Assembly: GCA_023213395.1 (NCBI GenBank)
Contig: CM041465.1
Coordinates: 181,295,741-181,359,740, forward strand
Length of the DNA stretch: 64,000 nucleotides
DNA from: Cycas panzhihuaensis
Lineage: Eukaryota > Plantae > Cycadophyta
Direction: 5' to 3'
Shown here piece by piece: positions 30,975 to 43,400 of this stretch. Made by a program: the position numbers and the translations under genes. A model generated the notes under the pieces. The model ran no database searches. It was not told the origin of the DNA and worked only from the letters and a program-made list of their open reading frames with translations. The stretch's first letter is position 1; every line of letters starts with the position of its first letter.

Positions 30975-33226
30975 TTTTTTTTTTTGGTAAGATAAAATGA
31001 ATTTATAGTGGGTTTGAGCAGGATCCCACAACCTATTACATCGGGGAGCCTTAAGCTACCAAAAGATATTTGACCGTGACATCCCCACGGTCTAGGCCAG
31101 GAAGCTATCTGCCGAGACAAGCCCCACGGCTAGCTGTTGCAAGTCATATCCTTCTTTATCAGAACCATCAGATCCCTAGGGAAATCACTCTTCCACACCT
31201 GATCTTCCCGATGCCTAGCCCCCCAATTAGCCAAGAAATCAGCTGGTTTATTTCCTTCTCTGAAAGTGTGCCTAATACGGACATCAACCAGTCCCTTCAT
31301 GAGTTCTTTAGCATCATTGAAAAGGGACTGGAATCTCCAGTCTGGGAGAGCCTCACCTTTTAATGTCTTGATCACCACCTCCGAGTCCCCCTCTAAAACC
31401 AGACGCTGAAGGTTCTCTTCAACAGTTAGGTCGAGCACCTTGAACATAGCTTGTATTTCCGCATAGTGGTTTGTCTGGCATTCGTAGTAATCTGCGAACG
31501 CCCAGATGGGGGAGCCAGAGCTATCCCTATAGATACCCCCACCCCCAGCTTCCCCAGGATTCCCTTTAGCAGGCCCATCAAAATTTACTTTGCTCCATGT
31601 CTCCTCAGGAGGCTGCCAACTACTATTTCTGGGTCTTGCATCTTCAAAAACAGGAGATATTCCCCATTTGCTAAGGATCCTGCTCTCCATGCGGAATCGT
31701 TTTCCTTCACGTTTCTAACGTTTTCCATAATATCCGAGGATATTCTGTTGAAGATGGCTACCTGATCCATCTGGTGATCCTGGAAAATACGCCTATTCCT
31801 CTCTTTCCATATGTTCCAAGCTACTGATCGGAGCACAACTTTCCAGATGCGGCTGTGGTTCTCGCTCGAAGGGGCTAAGCCAGGCAAGCCATAAATCGAA
31901 AGTCTCTTTTGAAAAAGTCCAGCATACCTCTAGTTTCCTGAGAACCATCCTCCGAACCTCACTAGTGTAAGCACACCCAATGAGAATGTGGTCCATGGAT
32001 TCTTCCTTAGAGCAGCATAAAATGCATCTGTTTGCCAACTCCATACCTCTCTTCTTGAGATTATCTAAAGTGAGAATTTTGTTCTTAAGGCAGGTCCACC
32101 AAAAAATAACTACCTTGGGAATAATAGGGAGCTTCCAAACCCCTTTAAGGGTTGGATTTCTCTGATCGCCTCTGGTTAAACAAAGGAAATGATATCCTTG
32201 TTTTACGGTATAGTCCCCAGACGGGCCCAAAGGCCACACAACCGTATCCGGCGAAGTCATTCTAGGAATATAATTCTTACGAAGGATCTTTTTTAAACTG
32301 TTTAGACCCTCTTGCAGTCTTTCTCCTTGAATTTCCTCCAGAGGCTTCCATCGCCTATATTTTCCACTCCCGGTCCAATAATCCTTAACCTCGGTGCCAT
32401 ATTACCTGACACAGGGCCCCATAATAAGTACCGGGTCAGGATAGTCCTTGAGAGCATTGTCACAGCACCAAGCATCCTCCCAGAACCTTATGGAGGCACC
32501 ATCTCTTAGTTTCCATTTCAAACATTTTCTTATAGTTCGCTATGCTTTTAGAATGCTTCTCCAGACAGTGGATCCGACCTGCGATGCATCATTCTCCAAA
32601 AGGGAACCCCCTTGAATGTATTTCCTAGCAAGGATCTTCTCCCAAGGTCTCTCGCCCCCTTTCAGTAGCCGCCACCCCAACTTAGCCCCTAGAGCAGCGT
32701 TAAAAGGAGAAATCCTTCTCAAGTTAAGGCCTTGACCCATTTGAGTGCGACTTTATTCCACTAACCGGTGTATTCATCTTTACTCTCGCTCCGGACCAAA
32801 GGAATCTTTTGGATAGATTCAATAATGTTTGAAATGCCGTAGGGACTACGAATATAGACATCCAATATCTTTGGAATACTCGGCGTCGATGCGACTAGCT
32901 GGAGCTTTCCGGCTAGACTAAGAAGGGCGCCTTTCCAGCCCGCCAGCTTCTTTTGCATCCTATCAATGAGGGGATTCCACATGTCCTTGGTCATCCTCCC
33001 AACAAAGAGTGGCAACCCAAGATAAAATGAGGGGAGCTTTTTGATACTCATCCCAAGGATTCTACTTATCCTGCCTTGAACTTGGCCCGAAGTATTTAAG
33101 AAAAAAACATTACTCTTGTTCAAATTTATCTTTTGATTTGTGGCTTCCTCAAAGTGGCCCAAAATCTCTTTGAATTTGGAAGCTTCACCCAAAGTAGCCC
33201 TCCCTAAGAATATGTTATCGTCCACG
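30975..33226 (-). mobile_element. 5'-truncated L1-clade LINE with RT C-terminus, zf-RVT and RNase H
   Basis: Poly(A) tail; 13-bp TSD AATGGTAGAACTT at 30962-30974 and 33227-33239; FVDD..YLGLPL..LAGWKGALLSLAGK; CILC..ESMDHIL..C; RNase H VNFDGPAKGNPG..AE..LEGDS..HTFREGNKPADFLAN; frameshifted. Confidence 0.95.
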
Positions 33227-34468
33227 AATGGTAGAACTTATTGTTGATTATGTAAACTTATATTATTGTAATTCAACAGTATGTTTTGGTTAAGGAAAAT
33301 CATAGGTTCAAGAGGGATTCAATGTTGGGTACCATCTTGATAGTAAGTAAAAGGTTGTCGATTAGTTATTTGAGTGACAAGAGGATCCTATGTTGCTATG
33401 TAACTAACTATTATTAACAAGAGCTCCTCCATTTCTAATTTATAATAGAAAGAGAAGGAGTGGGATTGAGTTGAAGAGATTATTTGCATGATATTTGTTG
33501 ATATGGAAAGTAGATGTACTATTAAGTGATATATTCACTATTGTTTCTATATGGGTCATAGATTTATTTGCCATTCAAGCATCTTCTTATACAACTGATA
33601 GCATTAGGTGCCCCTTTTTTTGTTGACCCACATGGTATGTGCACATTATTAGGTGTCTTTTATTGTTGTTGGGCATTTATAGTACATAATTTTTGCATGT
33701 TTTACAGTTTGGTGGCTCATTGGGCACCTCCTAATGAATAGTTTCTTAAAATATGCATCTTTACCTTAATTACAAAGGGTATCCATGGATTATTAATGGT
33801 CAAATTTGCCCTTAACAAGTTGTCTGAAGCTTATAGTCACCCATAAAGATCATACAATGACCAAAAACACTCACATGGCCTACGTAGGTTGAAAATTTAA
33901 AATGACAACTAAAATTTGGTGAAAATTTATTTGTTCTAATGCTATGATAAAATTAAATCATTTTACAATGTTGTTTTAAATCCACAAAGCCCCTATGGTG
34001 GACATGTGAGTATTTGATATGACCAATAGTCAATGAGAAAAGGGGCTAAACCTCTTATTTTTACCTTCTTCATTTTTTAAAGATTTGTACTCACGTAAAT
34101 ATTGATATGTCCCTCATATGATGTTAAAATTTAATTTTGTCTATTGTGTTGGAAAGCTAACTCATATAACTTTATAACGAGTGGTCACATACTACGTTTT
34201 AAAGATTTTTCAAGGCTTAAATTTCTAGTTTTAGTTTCATAAGGTATTTTTTGTATTAAAGTTAGAACTCATGATTAGACAAAGAAGTGTTTTATCACAT
34301 GTTTTTGCTCAAATAACCATTTACATAGGTTTGATCAGTGGTTTAGTAGATGGAACTATGGATATTTAGCTTAATTTTCTCTTTAAGGCACGGGCCTAAG
34401 CAGAAGGAATAGTAAATGGGCAAAATAAGAGCATGTGATACTTATTTTATAGGTAAATATTCGTGAAC

Positions 34469-37400
34469 TATTAGAAAATAGATATTATTCCATACACATA
34501 TCCATTTCTAACATAAAATAGAAATAAGACTTATTGAATATGATCCTTTACATTGTATTAAATATTGACATAAGTATATATTTATAATGCACGATCATCG
34601 CATGCTTAACTAATTGCATAAAGCGACCCCTAAGACTACTATAATACATATGCCTTAATGGCTTATTTTTATATTCCTAAAAGGATTAAGGGTGGCCCTT
34701 TAATACTAATATACTTATTACTTTTTAACGTGAATATTACTCTATTTAATATTAGACCAATATATAGTACTACTAATATATTAAACATTGTCTCTAACAC
34801 CCCCTATAATGTTTAATGTCAAAACAAAATGCTTTCAAACTATGTACTAAGGATAGGCTTGACTAATAAACCAAAGACCACCTATTTGCATATGTGTATT
34901 CTAATATAATATTCCAACTTTCTAATATCAAAATCCCCACTTTAATGTATATTTGAAGTCTTTTGAATTTGTAGTGCCTCATCCTTGGAAATGTCTTGAA
35001 GATAATGTCTTTAACTCAATCTTTAACTTCAATCTTGTGATGATATTGTTGTTGTAGCTCTCAAAAGAAATGATCCTTGAATTTGACTTTCTTCATTCAG
35101 GTATATAAATATAGATTCTTTAACATGGTAGGTTCTTTCTAATGAAGCACTTTTCTTTGATTGCCTATTTTATAAATTTCTACTTTAAGGTCTTTGAATT
35201 GTTTCAATATATTAATTGTTTCTACATCTAAATGAGAATGATGTAATGTGGGATCAACTTTCATTGAATAAGGACATGAGTTGAAAAGATAATATTCCAA
35301 AATCTCTATAAGATTTTAAGGACAGGATGATTCCTCTTTGCTTATTTATTTTATTGGAATTTGTTCCATTTCCATGGCATAGTCCTTAACCAACCGATTT
35401 GTTCCCTCCATATTAATCAAGGGTACTGAAGTTCCTGCATAAAAAGGGTTAAGATTATTACACACTATGAAATGTTTATCTTGTAATAATAGCCATGGTG
35501 GCATTTGATATGCCAAGTGAAATCTCAACAGATCCTGGTGTAAACAACCGTTATAGCTGTAATCATGAATTCAATTAAGGATGTAGCTCCCAAATTATTT
35601 GTCACTAATGTAATCCACCTTCTTTAGTTAATTACAATATTCTATATCTCCAATGATAGAACCTGCTAAAGAACATGAGATACTTCAATTTTAATTGGTT
35701 GTGATTTGGCCAAAGTAGTTCTAATTTTATCATCAATTATTAGGTTAAGCTTTAGCTTTCTAGGCTCTAGTTGGTTTGATATGACCTAATCAAGAATTAA
35801 TAAAATCATGCCCATTATGTCCATCATGCTACTTACTTCAACTTCAAATTCTAAATGATTAGACTAAAGTGAATTCTTCTTAGTAATAGAACCATCAAAT
35901 TCACTTTTAATTTCTTTTGAAGTATTGATACTATGAATGAGTGATGAACCTTGAATATCTTGAGTTACTGCATTACAATCACTGATGATGCTAGCATTCT
36001 TATCATCAATGCATTCAATAGATGTATATTTAGAAATAGTTTCTTCATTAGATTGATATTCTCTTTCATCGTCTTTAATACTTTCTTCATCCTTACTTAT
36101 ATAAGTTCTAGCTTCTTTGTTACCAATATGTTAGTCATTTAGTTTTGGACCAAACTTCTCCTTTAGAATATTCCATATTTTGTATGACTTGCAAATTGGT
36201 TCTTCAACACTATCACAGACATAACGATATGTGTCTATCTCTAAGGTATAATGAATCCAACTAAGTGCATAAGCATCTTTCTTTTGAAGTTCTGGTGTTG
36301 GATCTCTATAACCTTTAGAAATAATGTCCTACCAACCAAAGGTAATAAACCGGGATCTCATATTATCTGACTATTCAAAATAATTTTCTTTAGTTAGCAA
36401 AAGCATACCTATGATAAGAAATAATTTTTACAGGAGTAAGAATCAATCATGAAATCTTATCTTATGTTTTCTTGTCCTTTACAATTAGGACCTTGATCTG
36501 CTTTGTTGCTTCTAAACAACAATACCTTTATGAAATATTTTATGGTAATGCCAAAAGTTTACCCTCTTTATCTCATGAATTAAGTAATAAGTCAAACATG
36601 ACACAACTGTAATTCATAGTACTCTCACTATACAACCACCCTATTTGATTTCCTTGATTAAAATCTACCTAACATCAAGCTCAAAAGATGTTATATTATG
36701 GCTCATTTCCATTGCAATAAAATAATAAAGCCAACAGACATGATGGCACTCATATCTAACATTCTAGTGAAGAGATATTAAAGAAATATTGCTAGTATAT
36801 TATTATAAAAGTGAAATTGGACAAGATAAAGATAAATCCCTTAAACCCCTTTTATGAATAGCTCCAAGTCACATACTAATCTTTATGAGACCTTACTGCA
36901 GACTTCACATAATATTGAAAATAATTAAATCTCTTATTATAATTCTTAAAACATTATAGTCTTTGAATTTTTTTGTGTAAAAGTGCGATGATGAAAATTT
37001 CTCTAATTTTTAATATTTTCTTTTCAAAATAATTCATTAGCAGTACTGCTAGGGTTTCAAAGCATAGTCTATTAGACCACTGCCACATCCTCCTTTGTCA
37101 CAACTTGATTTATTCCTTTCATAACTACTATCATTGATTGTGCCTTTGTTCCTCCAATCCACATTCTCGGGCAATTAGTGGTTATATGAACATGAGTCAA
37201 ATTTTTGGATGCATTAAGACTAAGCTAGTAGGACATGCTCTTCTAATTCTATTCATCGATATGGAGTAGATCATCTTTGAATATGCTAAACCTCTTACAT
37301 TTTTCATCTAAGCCATTAACACAAAGTACTCCAATGGTCATTAGTTCATATCAAGCCCATTGTAACCTCCACAAAATATCATCGATTCCATAAGGGTGTT

Positions 37401-38437
37401 ATCTCCTTATTGATGTATTGATGGTAGCAGTGTGTTGATATCGGTCCATACTTCCAAAAATATTTAAATTTAAAGGTAAGCAATGGTGTGTTGCATCTTC
37501 ATCATGGAGTGTATAACAACATTCATGGACTCGATAACTCTCATCTAAATCACAACACATCCGTGATGGCATAAGAGATCTTTTTTTTTTCATACCAATT
37601 ATGACAAGTTCTAACTAATAAAATATTTAGATAATCAGAATGACAAATAAAGGCATAAATATTTAAACCCCAACTAATTGGTCCTTGTCTACAATCATTA
37701 TTTCCATCGTTCTCCTAATTGGATGCTTGAATTTCTTAATTTACTAAACAACCTCTATGTTTTGCTTAACTTCTTCACTCAACTTTCTTTTCTTTTGCCT
37801 GATATTAACTCGATTCAAAATCTTTACTACTTACTTATATAAGCTTTTTTCACTAACTTTGTCTTCGTTTGGTCTATTCTTGACCTCCCTTTTCATGTCT
37901 TTACCCTCTTGTTCATCTCCTTTCCTCTCATTTCTCTTTTGCTTTGGTCCTTCCTCTGGTCTGTTCTTTTCCTTATAAGTCCCTCCTTATTTGATCATCT
38001 CAGCCTTCCTTTGTGCTCCTCCTTTTGTGATACCTTTCCCTTTCATTACTCTCTAGGACTAATATGCCCTGTTACATAGGGTCACACCATAACCAACTCT
38101 AATACCAAGCTGGAAAATAGGTATCATTCCATACACATAACCATTTCTAATATAAAATAGAAATAAGCCTTATTGAATATGATCTTCTATATTATATTAA
38201 GATTGACAGGAGTATGTACTTATAATGGATGATCACTGCATGCTTAACCAATTACATGAAGTGGCTGCTAAGACTACCATAATACACATGCATTAATGAC
38301 TTATTTTAATATTCCTAAAAGGGTTAAGGATGACCCCTTAATACTAACAAAATTATTACTTTCTAACATTAATATTACTCTATTTAATGTTATACCGCTA
38401 GACATTACTACTAACATATTAAACATTATCTCTAACA
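34469..38437 (-). mobile_element. Element E: non-autonomous gag-only LTR element carrying host gene fragments
   Basis: LTRs 34469-34799 and ~38108-38437; perfect TSD TGAAC; PBS actctaatacca ~38096-38107; PPT at 34800; gag remnant ~36140-36420 (ISKGYRDP..KKDAYALSWI..IWNILKEKF); no pol. Confidence 0.88.
37050..37320 (-). pseudogene. Captured papain-like (C1A) cysteine protease fragment: I29 prodomain plus pieces of the mature enzyme
   Basis: NGLDEKCKRFSIFKDDLLHIDE*N*KSMSY*LSLNASKNLTH (ERFNIN region), then after a frameshift LPENVDWRNKG..CDKGGCGSGLIDYAL. Confidence 0.85.
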
Positions 38438-40442
38438 TGAACTATATATGCATGGGTCACTTTAGAGGATTGGCAAGTATAATGATTGGTTACCCATATG
38501 CTCTGCTAGATGTTTGTCTTTTATATAGACCCAACATTATATTTAAAGTAGTTATATGATAAAGGGATTAAAAATTAAGGAGAGATGTTGGATAATGTTT
38601 AATCTATGGTCTTTAGTTACCAATTTTCTCTTTATATATACCATGGGATCTTAGTATACATACCTCTTCATGTGTTAGTCATTGGTTGATTAGGTGGTTC
38701 CTAATGTGTGATTAGACACCTATACAATGGTATGTACTATAAACATATGTTATTTCATAATGCAAATTCAAGATAGATCATTTCCCCTAAAGGTTTGTAT
38801 CATATTGTAATGCATGTTTTATTTTTATCCTCTATGTAGTTAGTATAGTCTTAATATGTTTGCTATTATGCATTTATAATGTTAATTTATATAATTTTGA
38901 ATATAGAAAACTTTTGTCAAACTCCTATTGCTTAGATTTATTATTGTATAAATAACTTCAACTCAAAAGAACTCTAAGAAATTCCTTAATTTCATCATAG
39001 ATTGGCCTTTTCGACTAAAGTCCTATTCATTCTTTCAACAAGATAATTTAGCTGCAATGTGTATGTTGTCATTAATTGCTTCTTAATTCCATGGTCTTTA
39101 CAAAATTGGATAAAGGCAATAGATGTACATTCTTACCTATTATTTGATTTGAGAATTTTCAACCTTGAACACTTTTATTCTCCACTCTCACTTTGAATTC
39201 TTTGAAACTATTGAAGGTTTGAGATTTCTCCTTTATGAGATAAACCTAAACTTTCCTTGAAAAGTCACTAGTGGAGGTTAAGAAATATTATGCACCCTTA
39301 AGTGAAGTGGTTAACATTGGACCATATATATCCAAGTAGATAAGGCTAAAATTCTCAATTTCTCTCTAAGCTTTACCTTTTTAAAACTTCTCCCTATGCT
39401 ACCTTCCCATGATATAAGGTTCATAAACATAATTCACATGTTTGAGTTTTGAAGGACCATGTACCATATTTAACTTGTGCATCAAACATGGATAAATATA
39501 GTGTAAATGCTCCATTCTTTTATGCCAAAATTAAAATTTATAAGATGCTTTTTAGTTTATAGACTTATCTAAGAGCTTATAAAGACTACTATCTTTAAAA
39601 CCTTTATATATGATTTTCTTTTAATAGTTATTAACAATAGCCTTTCCATCCTTAAAGAGAATACTCATGCTGTAATCTTTAATCTGGTTAATAGAGATCA
39701 AGTTCTTTTTCAACCTTGGCATATACATCACATCCTCAATGCAATAATCTTCCTATTAGGCATAATGAATGGGACCTCACCTATCCCCTCTACATTCAAC
39801 ACTTTATTATCTCCTAAGATGATTATTTACCCAATTGCTTCTCACATGTGCATAAACCATTCCAACCTACCTATCATGTGCCTAGAATCCCCTGAATCAA
39901 TAGGTTAGACATCACATTGTATGTGAAACTACCATGTTCTACTAACCATCCTTCTTCTATTGATCAACTTACAACTTCCTACTGTTTCTTTTAAAATGCC
40001 CTAGTTTATTATAGTAATAACATAACTTTATTTGCCTTTTTAGAGTAGATTGTGGTAGCTTATTTGTGTGCGAGTTGATCAAATTTCCACCTATATTTAT
40101 ATGGAAAATTTAATATCACACAAAAATTTTAAAAAACCACATGCAAAACTAGGTGTTAAATAGCCTTAACATATCACATACTATTATTCTATTATTATTT
40201 TTTAATGTTTTAATGTCCTCAATCACTTCATAGAGCAACAAAAAAAAAAAAACCATGGACATCATGTAGGAAGTCAAAATAACCTCATACGACCTTTGCA
40301 GAATGATATAGAATAAAAGTTACAATATAAATATTCTTTCATAAATTATAATTAGCCATTAAATAAGCTAAAAAAGGCTTTAGCACCTTGTCTTATCATG
40401 TGAACTAGAGGCTCTAGTTTAGGGACAAACTACTGAACTTCA

Positions 40443-43400
40443 TGTTGGATATTGTGATAACAATCATTTAAGGCTAAAATTTTGGACATGTTTTCGGCGC
40501 AGTTTCCCTCCCTAATATTTCTCGGGGGGTTCCAAGGGGGGCAGGAGCCCCCCTTAGCCAGGGAGTGCGTGGGGAGTGGAACGCCCCCCACTAAGAGGGG
40601 GTTTAGGGGCGATAGCCCCCGACCTGAAAAATTAGCCCCGTAAACCATATTAAAATCTAAAGAGAATCAGGGTCATTCGGTACAAATACCCTAGATTCTA
40701 CAGTTGAGATTCATGCCTTGGATGTCCCTCTCATGTAGCCTGTTTTAGGGCTTTTCTTATTATGTTGATTGTAATGTAATGTATTATGATGAGGGTGGCG
40801 ACTGGTTGTTATTCTTGAGAGCACTCTGCTACTGAGATGTACTATTTCTCCATTCTACAACAGTAAAGATCGATACCTTTCCTGCGTGGATGTTTCCCTA
40901 GCACACTGCTAGGGTTTTACCACGTTATATCAGGTGCATATGTGATGTTTAGCTTATATATTGATGTTATTGTATTATCTCTAATTTTAGAACTTGCATA
41001 TTAAATCTTAGTTTCGATTCCTGTAACTAGTTACAAAATAGTTCAGATGTTGTGGAGGTTTAAGGTTTAGGACCTTGTATTCTTAATAAGTGGTATCAGA
41101 GCCACTTTTGTTTTACAGTGAGTTTGTGAATGTTTTGGTGTCGATTTTTCTACACCAAATGGCAAAACTAGCATGTGGAAAGTTTGAGTTGGAGAAATTC
41201 AATAGCAAGAACAACTTCGAGTTGTGGAAACTAAAAGCGCATCATATTGTTGTACAGTAGGGTTTGTACAAAGCCCTTACAGGTAAATCAAAGAAACCCA
41301 CATGGATGGACGATGATGATTAGGATGACTTAGATAAAAAGGCACTTAGCATAATATAATTGTGCTTAACAGATGAGGTCTTGTTTAACATCGCACGGGA
41401 GGAGACAACAGCAAGATTATGGACTCGATTGGAAGGCCTGTATATGACCAAATCAGTAACGAATTGAATCTACTTAAAGAGGTAATTGTACTCATTACGG
41501 ATGAATGAAGGTACAAAAATTGCTGACCATTTAAATATTTTCAACACTCTTATTTATCAGTTGATTAGTATCGATGTTAAAATTGAGGGTGAGGACAAGG
41601 ATTTTACCTTGTTATGCTCATTACCCGAATCCTGGGATAATATTATCAGCTTAATTAGTTTTAACACTACAAATGTATTAGATTATGATTCTGTTGTGAG
41701 TGCTTTGCTAATGGAAGAAGTGCAGAGGAAATCTAGTTTTGAAACCTCCACACCATAAGCCATGACAGTAAGAGGTAAAACATTTGAGAGAGGATAAAAC
41801 TCTAGGGATACATCGAGGTCCAAGTCAAAGAGCAAAAGAGTAAGCTTAGGAGTTGGCATTGTAATAAGACTAATCATCTCAAGAAGGATTGTTACAAAGG
41901 GAAGGAATTCCAGAAAAAGGAAGATCCTGCCAAAGAGGCAAATCAGGTGGAGTCAAATCAAGGTATGGATGATGATGTCTTGGTTGCTTATAATGTTTCT
42001 CATTATCACCATGACTGGTTATTAGATTCAGGTGCTTTACACCATGTGTCTACAAAAGAGTTAGTTCTTATCATACCAACCTCTTGATGGTGGTGATGTG
42101 CTTATGGGAAATGAAGTTTCTTATAAGACAATGGGCATTGATAGCATCAGAATTAAGATGTTCGATGGGGTAGTCAGAACATTAACTGAGGTTAGACATG
42201 TACCTGATTTGAAAAGGAATCTGATTTCCTTGGGTGAATTAGATTTGGGTGGTTTTAAACATACAGGTCATGAAGGAGCCCTAAAGGTGTCAAAGGGTGC
42301 CTTGGTTATTATGAAAGCCTTAAAGAAAGGAAATCTTTATATTTTAGTAGGAAGTACAGATGTTAGCCAAGCAACTACAACATCAAAGACTATAGAAGAT
42401 CCAGCTCATTTATGGGATCAGAGACTTGGGCACATAAGTGAGAGAGGACTTAAGGTGTTGATAAATCGTAAGTTGCTTCCTAACTTGCAGCTTTCAAATT
42501 TAGCTTTCTATAAACATTATATTTTTGGAAAGTAGTGTAGACTCAGGTTTAAAGTAGGGAGTCACACTAGTAAAGGCATTCTAGTTTACATTCATTTAGA
42601 TGTATGGGGACTGGCCCCTAAAATATCTTGTGGAGGATCATTGTATTATGTCACATTTATAGATGATTACTCCAGAAAGGTATGGGTCTATTTTTTGAAA
42701 AGGAAATCTGAAGTTTTTAGTGTGTTTAAGCAGTTCAAGGCTCTAGTTGAGAACAATACTGGTAAGACAATCAAATATTTAAGAACTGACAATGGAGATG
42801 AGTTCAACTCCTTGGAGTTTGAGAACTATTACAGAGAAGATGGGATCAAAAGACATAAGACCACTAGCTATACTCCACAACAACATGGCATTGCTGAGCG
42901 CATGAATAAGATACTCCTGGAAAGAGCAAGAAGCATACTAAGTAATGCAGGAGTGGAGTAGGGCTTGTGGGCATAAGCTATTCAAACAACTTATTATCTG
43001 GTAAACAACTCACCATCACTTACAATAGATTGCAAGATTCCTAAAGAGGTATGGACTGGACATCCATATGATTATTCAAATTTAAAAGTTTTTGGTTGTG
43101 ATGCTTATGCCTGGACTGACAAAAGTAAACGTTCAAAGTTAGACCCAAAATTCAAGTGGTATATCTTTGTTAGTTATGGTGATAAGGATGGTGTGAAGGG
43201 ATACATGTTGTGGGATCCTACTGCCCACAAAATTGCCATTAATAGAGATGTTGTATTTGATGAATCTCCCCTTTTAAAATCAGACAGTAGAGAAGTTGAA
43301 ATGAAACAGGAGCAGAAAGATGAACATCAACATGTCAAGTTTGAAACCTAGTCATCTTTGGAATTAGAAGAGTAGTAAGATCTTTCTGAAGATGAATCTG

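Larger units (their letters stand above)
30035..38903 (+). mobile_element. Element F: apparently non-coding LTR element (TRIM/LARD-like) inserted antisense into C's integrase
   Basis: LTRs 30035-30352 and 38586-38903; PBS TGGTATCAAAG at 30353; PPT aaggagaga 38577-38585; ~2 kb of own internal sequence with no recognisable ORF; TSD degenerate. Confidence 0.8.

Noticed and set aside
35346-35528. VPLINMEG motif suggesting a 2OG-dioxygenase fragment in element E
   Set aside because: A single short motif with no supporting context
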